This document shows, piece by piece, positions 33,105 through 44,035 of a DNA stretch of 64,000 bases. Made by a program: the position numbers and the translations under genes. The stretch lies in sequence record PP813861.1; one strand, written 5' to 3'. Below the pieces are notes generated by a model. The model did not search any database. It saw nothing but the letters and a program-made list of their open reading frames with translations, and was not told where the DNA came from. Position 1 is the stretch's first letter; each line of letters opens with the position of its first letter.

Positions 33105-34496
33105 TTACAGTAGACGCCCCATCATTTGGTTTCCACCTAGATTCATCATCGCGGTGTTACCATTACCAGCTAGAGCGGGGTTTAGTGCTTGCGCAAATCC
33201 ACCATCCATCGGCATTTGATTGCCCATGAGTTGCATCATTTGCGGATGCATATTAGCCATCATTGGTTGCTGCGGCTGCATCATCCCAGGCATTGCAAAG
33301 TTATTGTTCATCATAACAGGTTGTTGCATCATTCCTGGTTGAGCAAATTGGTTTTTCTGCCCAGCATTTAGAAGATCTTGGATAGATGCTTTATTGCTAG
33401 TTTGAACTTGCTGTAAGGGACGTTGAGGTGCCTGAGTCATTGCTACTGCTTGACTCATGGATGGATTAACATTCACAGTTGTGCCTACTGGTACACGAGT
33501 AGAAGTAGTTTGTTCTTTAGCAGTATTACCCACTTTAACTACATTATCTTTTTTCTGGACAGGGATTTGGGCAACTGGGTTTACAGTTTCAGAAGCTTCT
33601 TCTTCTACTTCATTACTGACTCCTTCATTACCATCAAGAGAGGGGATCTCACGTTGCATCTTTGCAAAATCAGCAATCACCTTCTCATCAACTTTTGAAT
33701 AAGGTTGAATAGCATCATCGAAGATCAGGCGATACTTATCAATAACACTATTTAGTTGAGTAGTGATTTTGTTAAATGCCTGGATAAGACATACAAAATA
33801 AGGTGCTACCCGCTCAACTGTTCCTGCTGAATATTCAGTTGGTGAATCACCAAATGGTACAACTAGTTTAAATAGTTCGATTAGAACTGGCCGCTGTTTC
33901 TTAGGTACATTTACTCCAAGGATATCATCTTTAGAATAAAGATCCTCTACGATAGGGAACCGAATAACGCAGATACGGTTAACTGTCTTCCCATCAAATT
34001 TACCATTTGCTTTTAGATACACGCTTACAAAACGTGAACGTTTTTCAGCAGCTTTGACAACCTTATTAAACCACTCAATGGTATCTGGCTTAGCACCGGA
34101 TAGTTTCTTTAGGAAGTCTGAACATTCTGGTGGAATGTCTTTATGCAGAGTGGAGTCGGCAGCTACTTCTAAAATACGTGAAGTAAGATACTTCACAGTA
34201 AACATTAGATTAGCCTTAACTTGACGCTGCATATGCTGTAGTACTTGAGAAGTACCTAGCCGAGAGATCTTTTCAGATAGCGGGTGGAAGGCGATGTAAT
34301 CATCGCCTAGCCCTTTACGAAGCCAATCTTTAGTAGGTACCACTAGTCGCTTACCATCTACCTTTGCAGGTGCAGGTCGACCAAGTGGATCGAGAATACT
34401 GATCATATCCTCTTCACCTACTTTGTATCGGAAAGCAGGTAATACTTGATCACTATAGAACTTGGAAAGAGAAATCGTAGGCATTGTTATCACCAA
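33105..34496 (-). CDS. Conserved nucleus-locus protein, gp70-like, with a Q/M/N/P-rich tail
   Basis: 463 aa; low-complexity C-terminal ~110 aa; synteny next to picA. Confidence 0.75.
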   Translation of the reverse strand: MVITMPTISLSKFYSDQVLPAFRYKVGEEDMISILDPLGRPAPAKVDGKRLVVPTKDWLRKGLGDDYIAFHPLSEKISRLGTSQVLQHMQRQVKANLMFTVKYLTSRILEVAADSTLHKDIPPECSDFLKKLSGAKPDTIEWFNKVVKAAEKRSRFVSVYLKANGKFDGKTVNRICVIRFPIVEDLYSKDDILGVNVPKKQRPVLIELFKLVVPFGDSPTEYSAGTVERVAPYFVCLIQAFNKITTQLNSVIDKYRLIFDDAIQPYSKVDEKVIADFAKMQREIPSLDGNEGVSNEVEEEASETVNPVAQIPVQKKDNVVKVGNTAKEQTTSTRVPVGTTVNVNPSMSQAVAMTQAPQRPLQQVQTSNKASIQDLLNAGQKNQFAQPGMMQQPVMMNNNFAMPGMMQPQQPMMANMHPQMMQLMGNQMPMDGGFAQALNPALAGNGNTAMMNLGGNQMMGRLL

Positions 34497-36126
34497 ATTT
34501 AGGATTGATTTGAGCAGGTTGAGCTACAGGATGTTGATACGGTTGCATGTTAACCGGCTGACCACTACTGTTTAGAATGTTTTGTTGAGTCTTAGTTGGG
34601 ATAACATTCTTAACAAGATAGGTAAGGTCATTAGAGATCATAGCCGGTGCAGATGCATCCCGAGTAATGACTGGACTAAACAGACTATCAATGAAGGTCG
34701 GTGCGATGAATCGTTCTACCGATTCATGATTTAGACTGATATCAATAACAGTATCACCAGCTAAGTCAGAGTGCATGGAAATTTTAAACGGAATCTGGTT
34801 ACCATAAGAGATACTGTTAATCGCATCGGTAATAAGACGACGTTCAAAGTCATTAATCTGTGGAGTCATATCAATTCCATCCATGATACTCCTGGTACCA
34901 TTTGGATGCATTTCGAATAGATAGTTATTCGCTCCATGTCCATTTGTAATTGCAAAGGAGGTTACCCGGAAATAGTTATCCATCATGATTGCTGGAACTA
35001 CTTGTGCAAGTAGAGATGCTGCAACAGTGTGATGATCTGCACCACCCCAATGCATGGAATGCTCTGCTCGGTTAACGAAGCGTTGAGAATTACCATTATC
35101 CATACCAGCTTTAACTACACCATCAACCAGTAGTTCAGGGAATACTCGTTGTAGGTCAGCCAGTGTAACAAAGCCACGTTCCATGTAATTGCAGCGTTCT
35201 TTTAGAATGCGCATGAACATATTGGAATGGATATCTTGATTTCGAAGTACAGCAGATGCATCGCCTAGCATCACTTCATCAGAGACACCTCCAAAGATAT
35301 TATCGTTATCATTATTAGCCATCTCAGCTTCTTTAACAGAATGCTGCCATGCATTAAGAGTACTAGATAGATAACGAGTAGGAGAAGTATCACGGCGATT
35401 TGAATATTGGAAAGTACCTGCTTCACCAACACTGGAACGTTGATCAATGATCCGGTCAAATACGCCTTGATGTAGTCCAGTTGATTCAATGCGTTTAGCT
35501 ACTTGCATCGTTTGCTGAATTTGGAAAACATCTTCTGGTCGTTGGAGATATGATGAAGTTCCAGTATACATGCTAAACCCGTTCTGAGGGATAGTAATAT
35601 CACTCATGATATCGACGGGTGCAAGGATCTGGTTAGAACCTAGGATATGTGCTTGTTTGACTACACCGAACTCAGTTGGTCGTTGGCGCTCTACAATAAC
35701 AGTTTCACTATTAAAATAGATACGCATGTTAGGATCTAGACTATTGCTAAGCGGACTAATAGAGCAATGGTCAGAGCAACCAAATAGAATCCGGCAAGTA
35801 CGGGTATTACCAAAGAAACGGTTATTCTCCCATACTTTCATCATGAACCTAAACCGGCGCTCACCCCAACCATTGACGATAGGGACTTCACCTTGAGTTT
35901 GAGCACGTGGTGCAATCACATCAGCTGCAATTTGCTGCACAGCTGCAACACCTAGATTACGACCATCATTAGTTGCTTCTTTTAAACGTTCAATAGAGTT
36001 CTCAGTGACCTCTACCGTAAATGGTCGAACATGCTCAGGTTGATAAGTACCAGTCTGTACTAGAATGAATGATTCAATCTGTACTTCAGTATTACCACCC
36101 ATTGCTGAATTATTAAAACCTAACAT
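34453..36126 (-). CDS. picA: Phage-nucleus protein-import factor PicA/Imp1 (gp69)
   Basis: 557 aa; QTGTYQPEHVRPF and GWGERRFRFMM motifs; position between the sigma-like gp68 and gp70. Confidence 0.8.
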   Translation of the reverse strand: MLGFNNSAMGGNTEVQIESFILVQTGTYQPEHVRPFTVEVTENSIERLKEATNDGRNLGVAAVQQIAADVIAPRAQTQGEVPIVNGWGERRFRFMMKVWENNRFFGNTRTCRILFGCSDHCSISPLSNSLDPNMRIYFNSETVIVERQRPTEFGVVKQAHILGSNQILAPVDIMSDITIPQNGFSMYTGTSSYLQRPEDVFQIQQTMQVAKRIESTGLHQGVFDRIIDQRSSVGEAGTFQYSNRRDTSPTRYLSSTLNAWQHSVKEAEMANNDNDNIFGGVSDEVMLGDASAVLRNQDIHSNMFMRILKERCNYMERGFVTLADLQRVFPELLVDGVVKAGMDNGNSQRFVNRAEHSMHWGGADHHTVAASLLAQVVPAIMMDNYFRVTSFAITNGHGANNYLFEMHPNGTRSIMDGIDMTPQINDFERRLITDAINSISYGNQIPFKISMHSDLAGDTVIDISLNHESVERFIAPTFIDSLFSPVITRDASAPAMISNDLTYLVKNVIPTKTQQNILNSSGQPVNMQPYQHPVAQPAQINPKFGDNNAYDFSFQVL

Positions 36127-36142
36127 AGAACTACCTCAATTA

Positions 36143-37726
36143 TTACTGATTAAGTTTACCCAGATGAATTACCAGTTCGGTGATCACCGACTTAATTGTG
36201 GCCGGTACAACAAGGACTTTATTCTGAGTTACCTGTTCTGCTTCTTTGAATAAACGATCGGGTCCATGATAGATCCAGTTACTAGATCTAATGGATGCAT
36301 GTGCAGATTGCACAGCAATGCCCGCAATATTTACAGGTGCTACTGGAACACCATTAATAGCTCGCTGTTGTCGTTGATGTGGATAAAGCTCATCCATTAC
36401 GTCCTTATATTTAATTTGAATACGTGTACTATTACGTGGTTGAATGGACATTGCATGTTCACCACTATAATACAACTCTACTTGCATAAATACAGCAACT
36501 TGTTGGAAACCCCAATGCCACATTAGTGACTGAGCTGCTGCCAACAAATGGTTAACTGCATTTTTATTAATGTGGCTGAATGCTCTTGCAGGGAAAGCTT
36601 TGTGCATCACCCATTGTGCAAGTAATATCTGGTGTGGATAGATATCTTTAGTAGCTGTAACTGCAACGCAATCTAGACATTCCTGAATTAACTCTACTGG
36701 GACAGTGTCATCGATTTTGTGAACCAGTTTAACTACATCAAGAGCATCTAAGTTATAAGCTACGATATCACCAGGAGTAACTCGCTGTTTAGTTTTATGC
36801 GATTCGATAAATGATGTTTTATCATCATCATCAATACCACCTTTATCTGGCCGTTTATCATTAACCCGGTCAGCAGTTGATCGTTCAGCAGGGTTTAGAT
36901 TTGACTTAACATATCTAAACATATTTGAAACGATGGAATGTGAGGTGGCATCGTTTAATGGTAGGATGGTTAATCGCCTAACCATAACTTTAGCCTGTAA
37001 GATATCCGGCACTTCAGCTGAACTCATACCTCTATAAAGGTTGGCTAAGGTGGGTGCTTCATCTTCTACACAAAACTTAACATATGCACTTAGCTTATCA
37101 TAAGCTGTTTCTACTGGAGTTCCATCAATTGATATTTCATCAACAGGCCAATGGTTAACCTCACAATCCGAGATGAGACTAATTACTTCACACTCTTTAT
37201 GCATTTCCTGAGAAGTGCCCTGATCAATAAACTCGCCCCAAATAGGTACTAAAGGACGAAGAGCTAGTGATACAGATGCAAGGTTAATATAGTCATGTTT
37301 CAGATATGTTTGATCTGGTCGATTATATCGTGAATCATCAGTGATAACTTCTTCAATATCTACTGGAATATAAAGTTTACCAATAGTTAGTAGCCATCGC
37401 CGAAAACTATTCATCGGCATGGCTTTATACATCTCTTTGATGTAATAGGATAGACTCATTGCAATCCTCATCGGATCCATAGCCATATCCATGATCTTAC
37501 GAATTTCTACATAACAATTCCAGATATGTTGTTGTGTCTCAGCACTTAGGCCACTCCAATAATCATTGATTTCTTGGAATACTCGTTGTTGATCTTGTAC
37601 ACGGATTTTACTATAAGCCGTAGTTGTCCAAGTTAAACGTTTACCATTGTGCTCTGTAGCCACTTCAGTAAAACCAGTACCTTGAACTCCTGTAACGATG
37701 ATTTGCATTTTAACCTCTTTTACCAA
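36143..37726 (-). CDS. Non-virion RNAP promoter-specificity (sigma-like) subunit gp68 (likely start MQIIV)
   Basis: ~520 aa, TYLKHDYINL...LRPLVPIWGEFI; synteny. Confidence 0.85.
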   Translation of the reverse strand: MVKEVKMQIIVTGVQGTGFTEVATEHNGKRLTWTTTAYSKIRVQDQQRVFQEINDYWSGLSAETQQHIWNCYVEIRKIMDMAMDPMRIAMSLSYYIKEMYKAMPMNSFRRWLLTIGKLYIPVDIEEVITDDSRYNRPDQTYLKHDYINLASVSLALRPLVPIWGEFIDQGTSQEMHKECEVISLISDCEVNHWPVDEISIDGTPVETAYDKLSAYVKFCVEDEAPTLANLYRGMSSAEVPDILQAKVMVRRLTILPLNDATSHSIVSNMFRYVKSNLNPAERSTADRVNDKRPDKGGIDDDDKTSFIESHKTKQRVTPGDIVAYNLDALDVVKLVHKIDDTVPVELIQECLDCVAVTATKDIYPHQILLAQWVMHKAFPARAFSHINKNAVNHLLAAAQSLMWHWGFQQVAVFMQVELYYSGEHAMSIQPRNSTRIQIKYKDVMDELYPHQRQQRAINGVPVAPVNIAGIAVQSAHASIRSSNWIYHGPDRLFKEAEQVTQNKVLVVPATIKSVITELVIHLGKLNQ

Positions 37727-37741
37727 TGTAGATACATGTTA

Positions 37742-37766
37742 GTAATATAGATCTCAAATTTTTTTT
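37742..37766 (-). promoter_or_regulatory. Early promoter of the gp68-picA-gp70 operon
   Basis: AAAAAAAATTTGAGATCTATATTAC, with an exact TATATTAC. Confidence 0.8.
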
Positions 37767-37833
37767 AGTATAACGGCATTTAGTACTGAGGGCATATCGG
37801 TGCCTACTTCGAGAGTAAGCACCGAAATATGTT

Positions 37834-38574
37834 TTAGAAGGAAGGCATATCCTCATCAAAAGCTGAGTCATTATAACTATTATTAGCCGGCTTAGCATAA
37901 CTATTATTGCCGCCGTTGTTATAGTTATTGCGCTGACCACCGTTATTGTAACCGCCGCTATTACCATTACCCTGATTGAAATTAGCAGGGTTAGATACAC
38001 CTTTAGCATCTGGATCGAATTCAGTTACTAGAAGATGCATTACTAGTTTATATGCGGGGTCTAGGAAACCGTATGCATAAGCATCGGACATTTCCTTAGG
38101 TGATAGTTGACTACCATCTGCTTTGCGGATATCATGGAATTGGGATGGGCCAAAGAAGAATTTGATCTTTGGACGATCAGGTTGAGTGCTTAGCACTGCG
38201 ATGTAAATTCGACCATCTTGTGCACGGCCAACATGTAGCTTAGAAAGCTCAATAAAATTATCACGCTTCTTACCAGCTACGAAGTTATTGCGGTAAACAA
38301 AGACACGTTCAGTATCTTCAGTTTTACCTTCAATTAAGTCCATTGCAAACTTAATGAAACATGCAAAGGTTGCTAGGTCAGTATTGAACTCAATTTTACC
38401 ATGGTCTTTATCACCAGGTACATTAGTACGAACAGTAACCCGTGGTTGGTTTTTAAACAGACCAAAACGCAGCGTCGGTCGTTTTTGAGAACCCTCACAT
38501 GGTTTGGCATGTAGCCAAGTATTCATTACATTAAAAGGGTTAACTACGGGTGCATTAGACTGCTGTTGTGACAT
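37834..38574 (-). CDS. chmC: Nucleus-associated nucleic-acid-binding protein, ChmC-like (gp67)
   Basis: Folded N-domain plus a G/N-rich disordered tail; sits two genes upstream of picA, as I recall for ChmC in related phages; ends FDEDMPSF. Confidence 0.7.
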   Translation of the reverse strand: MSQQQSNAPVVNPFNVMNTWLHAKPCEGSQKRPTLRFGLFKNQPRVTVRTNVPGDKDHGKIEFNTDLATFACFIKFAMDLIEGKTEDTERVFVYRNNFVAGKKRDNFIELSKLHVGRAQDGRIYIAVLSTQPDRPKIKFFFGPSQFHDIRKADGSQLSPKEMSDAYAYGFLDPAYKLVMHLLVTEFDPDAKGVSNPANFNQGNGNSGGYNNGGQRNNYNNGGNNSYAKPANNSYNDSAFDEDMPSF

Positions 38575-38661
38575 GATGTGATAACTCCAAATTAAAACTA
38601 GATTCTTTTTAACTAGATGGGAAATGATTTCTACGTAATATTATCGCAACAAGTATTTCTT

Positions 38662-39492
38662 CTATTTGAATTTCTTGTATGCTTCTTTTAACTCTTTAGA
38701 ACCATAAGCAGTAATGTCATGATGAACTTTATCTGGTGTTGTTAATCCTGTCCATTTTCTAGATTGTGCCAATTGTTTTAACTGTGCACGAATAGCTTTG
38801 TCTTGTGGTTCAAGTAATTGTTTATCGCCAAATATCTGTATAGCAAATGATGTAAAAGGAAATGGAGTATCTTCTTTTAAACCATTTAGTTTAGTATACC
38901 ACATGTTGTATGTCTTTATTTTGCCCGTATGGGATTCCAATAAAAGAAGTCTATTAAAATGGGGTTTCCATAATAATTCATGTGGGAAATGGGTTAATAG
39001 TAAAACAGTACCTTCAACCTTTGGAGGTTTATTAGATATTTCCATTGTAGTTAAATCTGTATCTTTTAACTTCTGGTATAGTTCAATTGACACAAATCGT
39101 TCATAAACATCATAAGCTAATTGTTGCGGTGTTCGTGATACTTTAAATGTAGCTTTAGGGAATAACCACTTCACTGCATCTCGACCAGTAATGTAATATT
39201 TTACAGTTGCTTTTATCCCCGATTGCCGTAAAGCAACCGGGATTGTTTGTGCTTCTTGAAATAAAACATCGACTGCTGCAACCAAGTTAATATTAGTTTG
39301 TTGTTCAGACTTCATAGCCTGCCACATATTTCTTGCAAGAGTACGGACATTAATCCATATTTCTTTAATAGACTTAACATCAGTTGGTTGTCTAGGCTTT
39401 TGTGGATGTGTTCCTATAAGCCCTTCGAGAGCAAAAGAAGTTCCAATGCTAATCGGAATATTAGCACCTACATCTCTCTCGATAATATCCAT
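38662..39492 (-). CDS. Conserved hypothetical protein, gp66-like (possible nuclease fold)
   Basis: 276 aa between sbcD and chmC; synteny. Confidence 0.65.
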   Translation of the reverse strand: MDIIERDVGANIPISIGTSFALEGLIGTHPQKPRQPTDVKSIKEIWINVRTLARNMWQAMKSEQQTNINLVAAVDVLFQEAQTIPVALRQSGIKATVKYYITGRDAVKWLFPKATFKVSRTPQQLAYDVYERFVSIELYQKLKDTDLTTMEISNKPPKVEGTVLLLTHFPHELLWKPHFNRLLLLESHTGKIKTYNMWYTKLNGLKEDTPFPFTSFAIQIFGDKQLLEPQDKAIRAQLKQLAQSRKWTGLTTPDKVHHDITAYGSKELKEAYKKFK

Positions 39493-39504
39493 TATTATTG
39501 CCTT

Positions 39505-40671
39505 TTATTTGAACTCTGTCAATAATCCCAATACCCGCTGGATCTGAGCAGCGTCCGCTGTAAATTTTTCAATATCTGGAATAATTAAATCAGAAATACT
39601 TTCTGGAGTTATATCCAAAAATTCTGATAAATCAAAATTCTTTAGGCTATCTGACACAGTATTTTTCTTTGTAGTAACTTTTTCAATTAAGATACTCCAT
39701 GAAAAATTAGGATATTCATTTTGAAATGTATCGAGATCACCAGTAGCTACATCACCTGGATTACATCTTAACCTAATTGCAGAGTTAGTTGGTAGTGTCT
39801 TGATATGTTCTTTAACAGTGTAATTAAGTTGCTTAGTATCCATTCCATGGACATTCAAAGTATCGTATCTACGCGCACCCTTATTCTCAAGGAATGTAGC
39901 AGTCCATTCGCCATTTTCTTTTACCACAACATCAAATAATCCTTTTGGAATTTCATCGCTGTGACTTAATCGGTCAAATCCACCGGCAGCTAAAATGCGT
40001 TCATAGATAGACATCTCATGAACATGTCCACCATTGATCATATATTTAGTTAATGCTAAATATTCGTCTGGATCATGTGTTGGCTCCTCCACAATACTTG
40101 GTAGCTGATGTTTAAATGCCCCATGTAAAATAGTAAAGTCAACTTGAGATATACCTTTCTTATGCATTAAATCTTTTACTTGATTTAAAGTCTCTGATGT
40201 GGATGGATTCCATTTATCAGGGACATAAAGGAAATATGCATCTAGTTTCTCAATATACTCAATATCGAGAATCTTTGAATAATGCAAATCAACTTTAATA
40301 TTTGCATTATTTTTTTGTTCTACGAAAAACTGCATTTGCCCACGGTCATGTGATGGGGTACCTTCAACAATACGGATCATTACATTATACATTTCACATT
40401 TGTAAAGAAGTATTGTAATAAATCTATCAATTGCGTATGCAGCTGGATCGCCATTGTTTAATTGACGATCAAATAAATCCCCTGTAATAATCAACATATC
40501 AATATCTTTTAAAATTGTATCAGGGACAGTTTTCCAAAAGTTATTGATGATTAATTCAGTAGGAGTTTGGCGATGCCCCATATGGACATCGCCTACTGTT
40601 AAATATCGAAATATGCCAGGTTTCTTTGTTTTATCAGTCTTCATATTCGTCACCGTAAACACATTCATCAT
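39505..40671 (-). CDS. sbcD: SbcD/Mre11-like metallophosphoesterase nuclease, gp65-like
   Basis: GDVHMG, ITGDLFD, GTPSHD, LHG and GHVH motifs. Confidence 0.9.
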   Translation of the reverse strand: MMNVFTVTNMKTDKTKKPGIFRYLTVGDVHMGHRQTPTELIINNFWKTVPDTILKDIDMLIITGDLFDRQLNNGDPAAYAIDRFITILLYKCEMYNVMIRIVEGTPSHDRGQMQFFVEQKNNANIKVDLHYSKILDIEYIEKLDAYFLYVPDKWNPSTSETLNQVKDLMHKKGISQVDFTILHGAFKHQLPSIVEEPTHDPDEYLALTKYMINGGHVHEMSIYERILAAGGFDRLSHSDEIPKGLFDVVVKENGEWTATFLENKGARRYDTLNVHGMDTKQLNYTVKEHIKTLPTNSAIRLRCNPGDVATGDLDTFQNEYPNFSWSILIEKVTTKKNTVSDSLKNFDLSEFLDITPESISDLIIPDIEKFTADAAQIQRVLGLLTEFK

Positions 40672-41266
40672 TCTCAGGTGTATCTACTTGCACACCTCCA
40701 GATTTAGATGAAGATGCATTCGGTAACTCATATAACGGAGTACCATCAGTATTTTTTAATACCCGACCATATGCTGCTAAGATTTGGATTAACACTTGTA
40801 GAAGTTGTTTTTCCAATGGTTCATTATAAACACACCGCTCTAAGAATTGAGCTGCTTCTTTAGCAAACCCACCGCGTGGATTGCGATTATGTTCTTTATT
40901 ATAATAATCCATTACATTAGAAATACTAGCAACATTCTCACCAGATGAGATTGCAACACTTGGACGAGGATAAAGTGCTGGAACTGTAAAAAGTACAACT
41001 GCTTCTTTGGTATTAACACTTGCTACACGTAATGGATTTGATAGCTCATGAACATATTTACGATATTCATCTAATGCACCAGGTGCCCACGGACATTCAA
41101 GTAACGGTAATATATTCTTTACAAAAACGTCCTCATGGACAATAGGTATCTCTTTCTGATGAATGCTAACCATGGCTTGCATTGCATCCATGATCATGTT
41201 ATCGCTATCTGTAACTCTAGTGTTCGGTTCCGGAGTTGCCATCTTCTTTACCCATAACTTGTTCAA
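40634..41266 (-). CDS. Conserved hypothetical protein
   Basis: 210 aa with an acidic tail, in the operon. Confidence 0.7.
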   Translation of the reverse strand: MNKLWVKKMATPEPNTRVTDSDNMIMDAMQAMVSIHQKEIPIVHEDVFVKNILPLLECPWAPGALDEYRKYVHELSNPLRVASVNTKEAVVLFTVPALYPRPSVAISSGENVASISNVMDYYNKEHNRNPRGGFAKEAAQFLERCVYNEPLEKQLLQVLIQILAAYGRVLKNTDGTPLYELPNASSSKSGGVQVDTPENDECVYGDEYED

Positions 41267-41774
41267 TCTGTTGTTTAGTCAGAGTAGTGATGATATTGAA
41301 ACGAGCTTCTTCTTTGTTTTCCATTAGTTGAGGATTACTATTTAGGTAATCAATCAACGCATCGCAGTTTTCAGTAGTGAACTTATTAGGTGTTCCAACA
41401 GTAGCAAACATATAACCTTTATCACCGCCTTTACGAACAATGACTGATTCCATATGTTCTTTCTGATTAACCCCATCTACTTCAACTAGTGAGAATACTG
41501 GTTTAGTATCACCACTGATAGCTCGCATTGCATCATCAACTTCATGTCGAATACTTTCACCCATATTGCAAAGAATGTCTGCAAGAACTCGACTAACGCG
41601 AATATTAAATGTTGCAGTTTCTTCAGCTTTAACTTTTACCAATTGTTGGAAAGCCTCATCTGCAACTCTAGCATGTTTCGTTAGATTCCTAACTGTTACT
41701 TCTAGCATATGAATTCGTTTTAATAGCATGGAGTTCATAGCTTCGCTTTCATTTTGTTCAACTTCACTAGTCAT
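41217..41774 (-). CDS. Hypothetical protein with an N-terminal coiled coil
   Basis: 185 aa abutting the upstream stop. Confidence 0.7.
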   Translation of the reverse strand: MTSEVEQNESEAMNSMLLKRIHMLEVTVRNLTKHARVADEAFQQLVKVKAEETATFNIRVSRVLADILCNMGESIRHEVDDAMRAISGDTKPVFSLVEVDGVNQKEHMESVIVRKGGDKGYMFATVGTPNKFTTENCDALIDYLNSNPQLMENKEEARFNIITTLTKQQIEQVMGKEDGNSGTEH

Positions 41775-42212
<438 letters not shown>

Positions 42213-42224
42213 TTAAGTTAAGAT

Positions 42225-42242
42225 GGGAGCCAAATGGCTCCC
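42225..42242 (-). terminator. Hairpin
   Basis: GGGAGCC-AAAT-GGCTCCC with a nearby A-run on the plus strand. Confidence 0.55.
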
Positions 42243-42290
42243 TTTATATTACTTGATACATACAGTTAAATACTTACATTAACTAGTATA

Positions 42291-42803
42291 CTAATATTTA
42301 CATGCAATTAGTTCAATGTGATACACAATAACAGCATCTTCTTTTTTCTTGAGTGTACTTGTTAAAACGATATCGTGTTCAGTAACACATGCATGTACAC
42401 TAATGGGTCTGGTAGTAATTTCACTACTTGTCCCTGAAAAATGGGTTGTAGCTACATATAGCTGGGTATCATCAATTAACCCATTCGGATCTCTACCAAC
42501 ATGTACAAATGGTGGTCTGTTAGCCACCTTAGGATAGTCGTCTTTAATAACAAGATGGCCATCTTCAGATGGGTAAGCATAGTCATATCCAGTCACATAG
42601 ATACGTAGAGTACCATTTTTAAATGCTTCTTTAAGATAAGAATATTCTTCAAGATTAAAACGAGTTGAATCAACTACAGCAGTAGTTAATTTAAGAATAG
42701 GGTGCAGTGGCATTGATGGGTTATTGTGCTTAATTAATAGCATCGGTATTTTCCTTAACGTAATAAGCAATATGTGGATGGTTCCACAATGGACTCTCAT
42801 CAC
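42291..42803 (-). CDS. Hypothetical protein (likely start MLLIKH)
   Basis: ~150-170 aa ORF in the operon. Confidence 0.65.
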   Translation of the reverse strand: MMRVHCGTIHILLITLRKIPMLLIKHNNPSMPLHPILKLTTAVVDSTRFNLEEYSYLKEAFKNGTLRIYVTGYDYAYPSEDGHLVIKDDYPKVANRPPFVHVGRDPNGLIDDTQLYVATTHFSGTSSEITTRPISVHACVTEHDIVLTSTLKKKEDAVIVYHIELIACKY

Positions 42804-43065
42804 AAAAACTATAACTATGTATTTCCTCGCCAGTATCTAATTTAACAGAGACCACTTCACCTTCAATAACTGTAAAAATAAATTTAGTATCAGGTGAAAC
42901 ATAATCACCAGTTACATAGTCATTATCAGGAAGATACAATAGTCGTGTTTGATTATCGTGTTTAAGTTCTATTCCATCTGTACTATTAAAATACATATAT
43001 CCCGTACCATCTGGACTTTTTTGAAACATCTTTAGTTTATTTGGTACGAGTAGATCAATTGACAT
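42730..43065 (-). CDS. Hypothetical protein
   Basis: 111 aa, GGAGAG SD. Confidence 0.7.
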   Translation of the reverse strand: MSIDLLVPNKLKMFQKSPDGTGYMYFNSTDGIELKHDNQTRLLYLPDNDYVTGDYVSPDTKFIFTVIEGEVVSVKLDTGEEIHSYSFCDESPLWNHPHIAYYVKENTDAIN

Positions 43066-43087
43066 AGATCTCTCCTAAACGATAGAA

Positions 43088-43110
43088 GAGAGCCCCTGTA
43101 CGGGACTCTC
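43088..43110 (-). terminator. Hairpin after gp59
   Basis: GAGAGCCC...GGGACTCTC. Confidence 0.55.
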
Positions 43111-43116
43111 ATTTAT

Positions 43117-43728
43117 TTAACCTAGAAGATTACCTACGACTGAAGTTGGATCTTCTTCACCTGCGTCTAGATGCCCATCAATAGCATTCCACATACGGAT
43201 GATGTCAACTTTTTCATGCAGACTAAGTTTACGATCACTCTTGATATCTTCGTGATAGTTTTTATAACCGAATTCTTTCTTATCGGTATACATAACTCCA
43301 TCCATCACGCGACGATAATCAAACTGTCGTTCACCCACCGCATCACCTTGGATGTTATTATAAGAACCACCATATCCATCAACTTCATTATTAAGATACA
43401 TAGTTCTTAGACGCTCATGCGCCATAACCCAACGTTGCATAATCGGACCAGCTGTTTGTAGTTCAGCTAATGTCTCAAGATACACAATGTTGTTAGACTG
43501 CCATAAATTATCTTTCTTTGTGGTTAGATTCCGCAGTGCTTGAACAGCAGCTGATTCACTAATCATACTGTACATATTTTGTGCAGTATTGAAAAAGCTA
43601 GCAGCAGCAGTTGACATAGTTGAACGCAATGCCTGGCTACGCTCACCCAACCATTGAGTTGTTTGCTGTGTAAGATGGCCACCTGCACAGATGTCCAATA
43701 GGTCTACACCATGTGCATCTACAATCAT
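43117..43728 (-). CDS. Conserved Chimalliviridae core protein, gp59-like
   Basis: 203 aa, LQTAGPIMQRWVMAH...DGYGGSY...FDYRRVMDG; GAGGTG SD; synteny. Confidence 0.75.
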   Translation of the reverse strand: MIVDAHGVDLLDICAGGHLTQQTTQWLGERSQALRSTMSTAAASFFNTAQNMYSMISESAAVQALRNLTTKKDNLWQSNNIVYLETLAELQTAGPIMQRWVMAHERLRTMYLNNEVDGYGGSYNNIQGDAVGERQFDYRRVMDGVMYTDKKEFGYKNYHEDIKSDRKLSLHEKVDIIRMWNAIDGHLDAGEEDPTSVVGNLLG

Positions 43729-43797
43729 TATTCACCTCAGATACTGTACTCATATACCCAGCATAGATTAAATGGATGTTGCATAATAGATTACCCC

Positions 43798-43980
43798 TTA
43801 AAGCTTAGAGATCATTTCGACATATGCATCGACAAACCTACTGTTTACCACTACATCACCATTCCCACGAGTAATATATCTCCCAGTTATCATGGCTACC
43901 GATCTGGCTTCACGTTCATCTCGTTCAGCTTGTGATAAACGTTCCGGGTTACGTCGAATAATTTCACGAATATTAGACAT
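43798..43980 (-). CDS. 60-aa hypothetical protein inside the repeat-bounded cassette
   Basis: AAGGGG SD and its own early promoter. Confidence 0.7.
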   Translation of the reverse strand: MSNIREIIRRNPERLSQAERDEREARSVAMITGRYITRGNGDVVVNSRFVDAYVEMISKL

Positions 43981-44011
43981 TGGATATTCCCCTTATCACT
44001 ATTGCACCTTA

Positions 44012-44035
44012 GTGATATAAATCTGAAATTGAATT
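44012..44035 (-). promoter_or_regulatory. Early-type promoter
   Basis: AATTCAATTTCAGATTTATATCAC. Confidence 0.7.

Noticed and set aside
42245-42252. Exact TATATTAC on the plus strand (also at 15921-15928)
   Set aside because: They lack the upstream AGAT/A-tract context and point antisense into genes; this is expected by chance in AT-rich DNA.
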